NCBI GenBank assembly: GCA_964461435.1
Contig: CAYWUI010000005.1
Location: 8,316 to 72,315, forward strand
Origin: an uncultured Bacteroidales bacterium
GTDB taxonomy: Bacteria; Bacteroidota; Bacteroidia; Bacteroidales; UBA10428
Direction of reading: 5' to 3'
Length of the DNA stretch: 64,000 bases
Shown here: positions 56,754-64,000 of the stretch, one piece after another
Layout of the letters: every line of letters begins with the position of its first letter
How positions within the stretch are numbered: the stretch's first letter is position 1
Translations under genes and position numbers: made by a program
The notes under the pieces: generated by a model
What the model was told of the DNA's origin: nothing
Databases searched by the model: none
The model's input: the letters and a program-made list of their open reading frames with translations, nothing else

Positions 56754-58790
56754 TTATTTCCTTAATAATTTTCTAAAGTATACTTTACCTCCCAGTTCCA
56801 GCCTTACAATAATTAAATTACCCGCATTGCGCAGTGATTCTTTGTCAATAACATGCCTGTAGATTCCTGACAGACCATGTTTTGTATTAAATTCATAGAC
56901 CTTCATGCCCAGCAGGTTGTAAATCTCAAAGCTTACATCCGAAGGTTCTGACAGCCTGTATTCAATTACCAGTTCATCGACAAAAGGATTTGGGAGCAGT
57001 ACGAAGCTTGTTTCGTGAATTTTATTATTATCAATATTGCTGGCAATGGTGTTTTCGATGTTTGAAGCCGCTTCATTGTAAATACTTCCCGATGATTTCA
57101 ATGCCGATATATCGCAGGGCTCGTCACGGCGGACTGCAACCTGGTAATAGGCGACACCACTTTCATTATCCGTATACTGAGTCTTTGTTTTGGCTATGGA
57201 ATCAATTAGTTCCGGGTTTGCCGGTGAGCTGCCTTTATATATATAATATGTACTGTAATTAAAACCTGTGTAGGGTGACCATGACAGGTTGAATTTACCG
57301 GGAAGGCCCGGACTCAGAATAAGGTGAATGGTCTGGTGAACACTGCTATGGTTCGATATATTGTCACAACTGTCAACGGTTACCATCCTGTAACTGTCAG
57401 AGTGCTTTGAGGGCTCCGAAGTATTGTCGGTAAATGTACTTTCATCATTGAAAGGTACAGTACCTATTACCGCATATTGTCCGGCAACAGTTGTCTCTTT
57501 TTGAACCAGGTAGTCTTTAATCATCCTGCCCCCGGTTTTTTGCCATACAATTTTGTTCCTGCCTGTTGCAGCATCAACAGTGACCATACAAATCTGCTCT
57601 GTATAACCGGTCTGGGGCACAGTAATATTAATATTATCCGTAGCAGTACATCCAACATTGTCTTTTACTTTCAGGCTGATAAAGCTGCTTTCAGTAAGAC
57701 TTCCCTCATACACGGAATCACCGGACTGTAAATTCCAGAAATATTCAAATGGCCTTACACCATTTACTGGGGATGGGTTAATTGTAAAATCCGTATTTTC
57801 ACAAATTGCAAAATCTTCGCCCAGGGAAACTGAAAGTCCGGGATATACTGTAACCCTGGTCTTAAAAGTATCTTTGGCTCCTCCGGTTTTGGTTATAGCC
57901 AGGCTTATATTTTTTTCACCTGTTGTATTCCATTTCATGACAGCGAAATTTTCGGCCGAAGATAATATTTCTCCGCCGCCAGCATCCCATTCATAGACGG
58001 TTACCGAATCCACAGGGACATTAAATGCCTTATAAGCCATTCTTCCTGTGTCGCATACAATAGTATCATTAGTCTGCTCCACTTCAAATGCCAGTACACC
58101 GCAGCCATCCATAGTATTCCAGGCTTCATCCTGAATCCCATTCCCGTCCATCATCCATACGGCCCTTTTTCTGATACTCTCATTTTCATCGCGATCTATA
58201 ACATATACATCAAAGCCAACAGGCCTTCCTCCATCCGGATCATATACAATTCCATTCCTGTCAGTTATTGTGCTCCATATAAGGGCATACTCAAAAACAT
58301 AGTCAGATCCATCCACTTTATAGGCATAGCTATAATCCCAGCCTTGCCAGTCCTGGCCGCTAAAATAATACTCGTTCTCACCTTCAGTAAATGCCGGTGC
58401 AAATTCATAATGGCCGTTTGGATATCCAGCGGGACCTTCTCCATCCTTTAACGTTTCATTGACATCCAGGTAAATTTCTGGTTTGTCAGACATCCAGTCT
58501 GCCTGCTCAGGTTCGCACCAGGCCGGATAAAAATCATCTTCTTCCACAGTGACAATTACGAAGAGAGCCGTATCATCCCATACTGCCCTCCATGTGGCTT
58601 TATCAAGTGTGGGCTCCTCAGTCTGAAATGGCTTATCGATGTTAAATTCTTTATACATATACCATAAATTGTCTGTATAACCGTCAATAACGGGAGATAT
58701 CCCTTCAGGTAACTTATAGATAGTGGCAACCTAGCCTGCAATGCCTGCTATAACCAACATAGCTGCAATAAGAAATAATAGTCTTTTCAT
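56754..58790 (-). pseudogene. T9SS (type A CTD) secreted CBM9/DOMON-like protein interrupted by an in-frame TAG at codon 20
   Basis: The ATG at 58790 gives MKRLLFLIAAMLVIAGIAG, then TAG (58733-58731), then VATIYKLPEGISPVIDGYTDNLW... in the same frame as the 634-aa ORF (56754..58658). The C-terminus LLPNPFVDELVIEY...FEIYNLLGMKVY is a Por secretion tail. Confidence 0.7.
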
Positions 58791-58889
58791 GATTATATAT
58801 TATTTAAGTTTAAATTTTCGCATTTTAAATAATTTTGCCAGCAAACTGAGCCTGCTTTATAGCTTATGATCAGCCGATTCCGAACAGGG

Positions 58890-59471
58890 TTAATGTTTGG
58901 AATTAAGGCTCAAACCCGAGATTGTAATCATAAAAATCATAGCTGAACCGAACACCATTGCACATGCAATGATTATTATTGTTTCTAAAAGTGTCTTTTC
59001 CTGGTCTATCCCGTATTTTATAGTATGCACCAAGGGATATAGCAGCGTATAGAAGCCAACAAAAAGAAACATAAGATGAAAAACGACAAAGATAATTTTG
59101 CCGAATACCGTTGTTTTAAAGTCTATGTCTGCCTTTCCTGCGTGGTGTACCCTGTATGTTCTCTCTCTGGCAGTCCCGTATCTCAAATCCCTGTATCTGA
59201 AATTATCATGCCCGTAATAACTTCTGTAATACGGATTTGTCCTTGCCCTTTCGCGGTAATAACTTACCCTCCTGCGGTATAATACCTGGCATGTCCTGTA
59301 TCTCTGGATAAACTCAAATGCCTGCTTTGTTTTAATAAATTCCAGGTGGGCATCAGGGGAAGGATTGATATCGGGATGCAGCAGCTTGGCCTTTTGCCTG
59401 TATGCATGTTTCACATCTTCAAGGCTCGAGTTGGGATTGACCCCCAGTATTTTACAATAAGCACTGTACAT
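58890..59471 (-). CDS. J-domain (DnaJ-like) membrane protein with Arg/Tyr-rich linker
   Basis: 193 aa with a J domain carrying the HPD motif (YRQKAKLLHPDINP). An R/Y-rich segment of ~50 aa follows, then two or three TM helices. Confidence 0.75.
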   Translation of the reverse strand: MYSAYCKILGVNPNSSLEDVKHAYRQKAKLLHPDINPSPDAHLEFIKTKQAFEFIQRYRTCQVLYRRRVSYYRERARTNPYYRSYYGHDNFRYRDLRYGTARERTYRVHHAGKADIDFKTTVFGKIIFVVFHLMFLFVGFYTLLYPLVHTIKYGIDQEKTLLETIIIIACAMVFGSAMIFMITISGLSLNSKH

Positions 59472-59648
59472 GTGGTACTATAAGCTATATAATATTCTGC
59501 CAATGCCTGAAAAATGCAAATAGAGATTTATTACTAAATATACAAAATATTATTGAGATAACGGATAAGCTTCAGTGTATAACTAATAACCATAAATCAA
59601 CAACAAATCACAATATACTTAACAGGTAACACCTGGTACCTTACAGTC

Positions 59649-61058
59649 CTATTCACTGTCGAACTGAAAATAATTTTTTGCATTGTTAAAGCAGATGTTT
59701 TCGACCATCTGGCCCAGCAGGTCCATGTCGTCCGGAATAAGTCCGTTTTCAACATCAGTGCCTATGAGGTTGCATAGTATCCTTCTGAAATATTCATGCC
59801 GTGCATAGGAAAGGAAACTCCGCGAATCAGTCAACATCCCGACAAAACGGCTCAAAAGGCCGAGGTTTGATAATGCATTCATCTGCCTTTCCATACCGTC
59901 TTTCTGATCCATGAACCACCATCCCGCGCCAAACTGTATTTTCCCGGGGAATGTTCCATCCTGGAAATTACCTGCCATAGTAGCTATAAGTTCATTATCA
60001 GACGGATTAAGATTGTAAAGGATGGTTTTTGCCAGCTTATTCTTCCTGTCAAGTTTATCCAGGAACCGCGACAGGGGGATAGCCGTTTCCCAGTCACCAA
60101 TCGAATCAAAGCCCGTATCGGGACCGATTGAGTTAAGAAATCTTGTATTATTGTTTCTTAATGCACCAACATGAAATTGCTGGGTCCACCCTTTTTCGAA
60201 GTCCATCAGTCCCAGTTCATATAGCATCGATGATTTGAATTTTACGATTTCCATTGTGGTAAGTGAATTTCCACCGCACACCTTATTAAATATTGATTTT
60301 ATTTCAGGACCATTATATTTTTCACAATACATAGTTTCAAGACCATGGTCAGAAAGCCGGCATCCCTGCTTATGAAAGTATTTATGCCTTTTTTCAAGCA
60401 CGGACAATAAATCTGTTAGCCGTATTATTTCCTTACCTGTAACTTCTGATAATTTATTCAGGTACTCATTATATGAAACCGGATTTTCAACGGCTATTGC
60501 CTTATCGGGCCTCCATGCAGGCAGCACCTTTATTTCGAAGCCCTCTTTCTTTATATTTTTATGATGCTTAAGAGAATCCACAGGATCATCAGTTGTACAT
60601 ACCAGCTTTACCTTATACTTTCTCATAATATTGCGAGCCGAGAATTCATCAGTCCTGAGCATGGCCGATGCTTCTTCATAAATTTCCCTGGCTGTACCGG
60701 GACAAAGAATTTTGTTTATCCCGAAAGCGGTTTTAAGCTCCAGGTGGGTCCAGTGGTAAAGCGGATTTCTGATCGTATAGGGTACGGTCTCAGCCCATTT
60801 TTCAAACTTTTCATAATCACTTGCATCACCGGTGCAATATCTTTCCTCTATTCCGTTTGTCCTCATAGCCCTCCACTTGTAATGATCCCCGTATAACCAT
60901 ATCTGCGTGAGATTGTCAAACCTAATATCACGGGCTATATCTTTCGGATTAAGATGGCAGTGATAATCGATTATCGGCATTTTTTTGGCATGCTCATGGT
61001 ATAATATTTCCGAGGTCTTTGTTTGCAGCAGGAAATTTTCGTCATTAAATTTTTTCAT
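59649..61058 (-). CDS. uxaC: Glucuronate isomerase
   Basis: 469 aa with the N-terminus FLL....LYH..A...PI.DYHCHL and C-terminal UxaC motifs (MLTDSRSFLSY.RHEYFRR). Confidence 0.9.
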   Translation of the reverse strand: MKKFNDENFLLQTKTSEILYHEHAKKMPIIDYHCHLNPKDIARDIRFDNLTQIWLYGDHYKWRAMRTNGIEERYCTGDASDYEKFEKWAETVPYTIRNPLYHWTHLELKTAFGINKILCPGTAREIYEEASAMLRTDEFSARNIMRKYKVKLVCTTDDPVDSLKHHKNIKKEGFEIKVLPAWRPDKAIAVENPVSYNEYLNKLSEVTGKEIIRLTDLLSVLEKRHKYFHKQGCRLSDHGLETMYCEKYNGPEIKSIFNKVCGGNSLTTMEIVKFKSSMLYELGLMDFEKGWTQQFHVGALRNNNTRFLNSIGPDTGFDSIGDWETAIPLSRFLDKLDRKNKLAKTILYNLNPSDNELIATMAGNFQDGTFPGKIQFGAGWWFMDQKDGMERQMNALSNLGLLSRFVGMLTDSRSFLSYARHEYFRRILCNLIGTDVENGLIPDDMDLLGQMVENICFNNAKNYFQFDSE

Positions 61059-61179
61059 ACCAAAACAGGTTTTATTTTGTCATATTTAAATTAGGCAAGG
61101 TATTAGATGTTGGTAGTAACATAGCTTATATATTTATGAATTATAAATTATATTAGATGTTTATATTTATCAGTTTACA

Positions 61180-61890
61180 TTAATTTGATAAAATCTCCTG
61201 ACTATTTTGATATAAGTAATCTATATCTGAAATCCTTATTCTGAATTTTGTTCCGTGATTCCTTAAAGCAGTTCCTCTCATCATAGTAGTTCTTGCATCA
61301 AAATCTACATATATCAATCCATTTTCTATGGCATTGCAAAAACCTATTAAATCAACATCCCAATAAGCTTTTGCTCTATCATAAATAACTTTTCTTTCTC
61401 TTTTATTTACTCTTCCATGAACTATTATTAATCTTCTCAATTTTGCAGCTAATTGTCCTAATAAAATATTGTGGTCCCAATAAAGCATAATATTTTTATC
61501 AATATCATTTTTAATATATATTCGATTATTTTCATTAACAACCCTAAATCCTCTTTCTGATTTTCCTTTTATTGTATGTCTAAAACTAATATTTCCATGT
61601 TTATTTTCCCATCCAAATTTATCTACGATTTCATTTAAAACACCTTTAGGTTCCGGGTCTTTATGAAACAAAGTAAGTAAATTAGATCCTCCGCCATGAA
61701 ATTTTAATTCCCAGTCATTTAAATCAGGATAATCATTGTTATTTACTTCGATGTTTATTAAATATTCAAGAGTATTACCAGGTGCTCCTGAACCCTGAAA
61801 TTCATTAGGTATTTCCATCCAGCCAAGTGACAATATTTCCTTGATTACAGGAAAAGTATTTGAAGATGAACGAGGAATTTCGGAATACAT
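61180..61890 (-). CDS. Type II restriction endonuclease, MvaI/BcnI-like (MutH fold)
   Basis: 236 aa. G.PGNTLE...PDLNDWELK (D...E.K catalytic motif), LTLFHKDP and the C-terminal RNHGTKFRI match what I remember of BcnI/MvaI. It lies 1 nt downstream of an SPPY methyltransferase. Confidence 0.6.
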   Translation of the reverse strand: MYSEIPRSSSNTFPVIKEILSLGWMEIPNEFQGSGAPGNTLEYLINIEVNNNDYPDLNDWELKFHGGGSNLLTLFHKDPEPKGVLNEIVDKFGWENKHGNISFRHTIKGKSERGFRVVNENNRIYIKNDIDKNIMLYWDHNILLGQLAAKLRRLIIVHGRVNKRERKVIYDRAKAYWDVDLIGFCNAIENGLIYVDFDARTTMMRGTALRNHGTKFRIRISDIDYLYQNSQEILSN

Positions 61891-61891
61891 T

Positions 61892-62659
61892 TTAAAAGCA
61901 ACTTAATTGAGATTTGAATGTTAGATGTTCCGGATATTGCTTATATTTCTCAATTCTTTCTTCAGACATTCTGCAATAATCAGGAGAAATATCAATCCCA
62001 ATATATTTGCGATTGTTTATAAGAGCGGCAATTGCAGTTGTGCCCGACCCTATAAATGGGTCCAAAATAATTTCTGAATATGTAGATAATACAATTCTAT
62101 CAATAAGTTCTATGGGAAAAGGAGCGGGATGTTCATTATTTAATTCCTGTTTAAATTCCCATATATCACCATAAGCATTAGATTTGGGCGTAAGTTTGAA
62201 TTTTGATTTAGCAATTAAATATATAACTTCGTATGTTGGTAAGAAATAACCTTGATTAAAATTTATCCCTCCTTTCCTTTTCCAAATAATAATCTGTCTA
62301 ACCGGAAAATTTTTAATAATTTCATGCCTATCTTGTATTAATCCATTTTGAACTCTCCATTTATGATTATAAAAAATTGCCCCATCTTCTTTTATCAATC
62401 TCATCATTTCAAATAAACAATTTCTTTGCCATTTATTATAATCATCAATTGGCATATTATCATCGTAATTGGAATATCCATTTATTAATTCAGCATTTTT
62501 CCATTTACCACCTCTACCATCTTTCATTCCATTTCCTGTTGAATTTTTTAAGTTATAAGGAGGTGATGTTACAATTAAATCAATACTTTCTGATGGCATT
62601 GATTTCATTATTTCAATACAATCAGCGCAAAATATTTTATTTAAAAAATCTTTAATCAT
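61892..62659 (-). CDS. DNA methyltransferase, beta-class (N4-cytosine type suggested by the SPPY motif)
   Basis: 255 aa. Motif IV (DLIVTSPPYN) is N-terminal and motif I (ILDPFIGSGTT) is C-terminal, giving the ParB-less N4/N6 MTase layout. Confidence 0.85.
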   Translation of the reverse strand: MIKDFLNKIFCADCIEIMKSMPSESIDLIVTSPPYNLKNSTGNGMKDGRGGKWKNAELINGYSNYDDNMPIDDYNKWQRNCLFEMMRLIKEDGAIFYNHKWRVQNGLIQDRHEIIKNFPVRQIIIWKRKGGINFNQGYFLPTYEVIYLIAKSKFKLTPKSNAYGDIWEFKQELNNEHPAPFPIELIDRIVLSTYSEIILDPFIGSGTTAIAALINNRKYIGIDISPDYCRMSEERIEKYKQYPEHLTFKSQLSCF

Positions 62660-62738
62660 TTATCTTATGAAATTACATAATTTAAAAATAGATTTTTTGA
62701 ATTCCAAAAAAAATAACAAACAAAATAATTAACAATTT

Positions 62739-63227
62739 TTATTCATTTTCAAATTCTTTATATTCAATTTCTTTTTGTCCGAAAACTCTTGCAAATAAAC
62801 GCTCAAAATTTCTCCAATTTGCAGATGCTCTCATTAATGTAACGACAGCAGTTATTTGATTTGATAAATGAGGATGACCTATATCTTCTGTTAATAATCT
62901 ATGATAATGATGTTTTCTTCTCCCTCTTTCATCTTTTGGTGTTCTTACTTTTAATTCTTTTAAAACTCCGGCTGGAAGTTGATTATAAATAAGATTGTTT
63001 GTCCAGGTTCCTATAACACTTGGTCTTTTTTTAATGTTTTTAATATTGTAATCCCATCCTCTTAATCTGAACATTTCAATATAAAAACTATCAGGAAATC
63101 TTTTTTGCCATTTTAAAAACTCTTCACTAATATAGGCTTTTAATATTAATTGTAATTCATTTCTATTTCTATCATATTGGAAACCAGTTGCCTCATCTAT
63201 TAATGCTATAATTCCAATAGTGACAAA
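62739..63227 (-). pseudogene. 5'-truncated P63C-domain (phage-associated) gene
   Basis: The ORF-track piece 62739..63074 (GW...RP..IG.WTN..IY..LP.GVL.EL......RK...H..LT.DIGHP.L..........LMR.S..W..F) continues in frame upstream. That stretch reads FVTIGIIALIDEATGFQYDRNRNELQLILKAYISEEFLKWQKRFPDSFYIE and runs up to a TAA at 63230-63228 with no start codon. Confidence 0.55.
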
Positions 63228-63271
63228 TTAAATGAATGCACAAAAATATTGTTTTAATTAAAGATAATTTT

Positions 63272-63279
63272 TACATTTG
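63272..63279 (+). promoter_or_regulatory. Candidate -7 promoter box TACATTTG upstream of the LacI-type gene
   Basis: Matches TAnnTTTG, 13 nt upstream of the 14-bp palindrome. Confidence 0.35.
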
Positions 63280-63292
63280 CCTGGTAATATTC

Positions 63293-63306
63293 CGTGTACG
63301 TACACG
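63293..63306. promoter_or_regulatory. Perfect 14-bp palindrome CGTGTACGTACACG (candidate LacI-family operator)
   Basis: I verified the reverse-complement identity by hand. It has the central CG typical of LacI-family operators and lies just downstream of the promoter box and upstream of the regulator's HTH-coding region. Confidence 0.45.
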
Positions 63307-64000
63307 AAATAATTATTAATTCTAGCAAAGAAATATTAAACTGCAGGACTATCAACCGCAAGTCAAATAAAATAAGGATTGTCGATATCGCCAGGATGGC
63401 GTGTGTTTCTGCCGGCACAATTGACAGGGTTATACATAACAGGGGCGAAGTAGCTGACATAACACGAAAAAGGGTTATGAGAATAATCAGGGAGTCTCAT
63501 TATGTGCCTGATATTCTGGCCCGCACATTGGCATCCAGGAAGATATTAAGGTTTGCAATTTTAATTCCTGAAGAAAACAGTGACAGCTCGTTCTGGAGCA
63601 AGCCCCTGCTTGGCGTAAATAATGCACTGAATGAAATAAGCCATTATGGTATTACAGGTAAAATGTTTTTATTTGACCAGTTTAGCAGGTTTTCTTTTCA
63701 GCAGCAGGCAGAAAGAATGATGCAGTATGAACCTGATGCAGTATTAATTGCACCTTTATATTACAGGGAAACGGTGAGCCTCATTGAATCGTGCGGCAAT
63801 AAAAAAATACCTTATATATTTATTAACTCGAATTTGAAGGATAATAATAAACTTGGTTTCGTGGGACAGGATTCAAGGCAGAGCGGTTACCTGGCAGCAA
63901 GATTGATGAGTTACAGCGTTAAGCCGGATTCGAAACTGCTGATAATAAATATATCAAGTGCCCTTGAAAGCCATAAGCACATCCTGAACCGTCAGAAAGG
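63294..64000 (+). CDS. LacI-family transcriptional regulator (3' end outside window; true start uncertain)
   Basis: The frame is open from 63288 to the window end. It encodes an HTH (IRIVDIARMACVSAGTIDRVIHNRGEVA) followed by a periplasmic-binding-protein-like sugar domain. The only canonical start before the HTH is the GTG at 63294. Confidence 0.7.
   Translation, partial: MYVHEIIINSSKEILNCRTINRKSNKIRIVDIARMACVSAGTIDRVIHNRGEVADITRKRVMRIIRESHYVPDILARTLASRKILRFAILIPEENSDSSFWSKPLLGVNNALNEISHYGITGKMFLFDQFSRFSFQQQAERMMQYEPDAVLIAPLYYRETVSLIESCGNKKIPYIFINSNLKDNNKLGFVGQDSRQSGYLAARLMSYSVKPDSKLLIINISSALESHKHILNRQK

Noticed and set aside
58556-58741. 61-aa ORF overlapping the 5' end of the T9SS cargo gene.
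   Set aside because: It is in a different frame from the signal-peptide/CBM9 frame. That frame explains the region much better, as one continuous reading frame broken only by a TAG.
61101-61161. 11-nt direct repeat TATTAGATGTT at 61101-61111 and 61151-61161, considered as att-like ends of the R-M islet.
   Set aside because: Both copies are on the same (left) side of the islet. I found no matching copy at the right boundary (63230-63290). A short AT-rich repeat like this could easily arise by chance.
63254-63460. 68-aa minus-strand ORF at the LacI gene start.
   Set aside because: It lies antisense to a clear LacI HTH-coding segment and has no features of its own.
1-64000. Looked for rRNA or tRNA genes, CRISPR repeat arrays, transposases/IS elements and integrases across the window.
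   Set aside because: No cloverleaf-like or rRNA-like segments turned up in the intergenic regions I read. I saw no regularly spaced direct repeats and no ORF with transposase or integrase motifs. Detection by eye is imperfect, so tRNAscan, Infernal and ISfinder would settle it.

Overview
The window looks like a low-GC chromosomal segment of a Bacteroidota bacterium. Supporting signs are type A and type B T9SS C-terminal sorting domains, TAnnTTTG-type -7 promoter boxes and lipoprotein N-termini of the C-K-x-D type. All family calls rest on motif recognition by eye, since no searches were possible. I count about 55 protein genes and saw no rRNA, tRNA, CRISPR array or transposase.

Housekeeping and core content:
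- an aromatic amino-acid operon (pheA, fused DAHP synthase/chorismate mutase, aroB, aroD)
- pabB, tilS, a YggS-family gene, uvrA, nth, ndk, recF with its DUF721 partner, and ribH
- a TetR-TolC-HlyD-2xATPase-2xABC-2 permease efflux cluster
- a glycan-utilisation patch (GH2 with a PA14 insert, a decayed LacZ-like GH2 remnant, GH97, an aldo/keto reductase)
- uxaC and a partial LacI-type regulator

Most interesting observations:
1. A 19-codon leader ORF (MRYNTNKSAFFFYFYFLIT) sits upstream of pheA with terminator and antiterminator potential. It is a candidate Phe/Tyr ribosome-mediated attenuator.
2. An unusual 1026-aa ABCG-like transporter carries an N-terminal TerB-like/FHA-like extension and a C-terminal coiled coil. 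It is translationally coupled to a lipoprotein gene followed by a small 4-Cys secreted protein gene.
3. That lipoprotein plus small-protein pair recurs as a diverged paralogous cassette 16 kb away.
4. A response regulator fused to an apparently catalytically dead SpoIIE/PP2C-like domain lies divergent to the transporter.
5. An AT-rich type II R-M islet (MvaI/BcnI-like REase, SPPY methyltransferase, truncated P63C gene) sits between uxaC and the LacI regulator.
6. Several decayed or anomalous genes are present: an in-frame TAG after a signal peptide, an internally deleted lacZ-like gene, and genes lacking canonical start codons.
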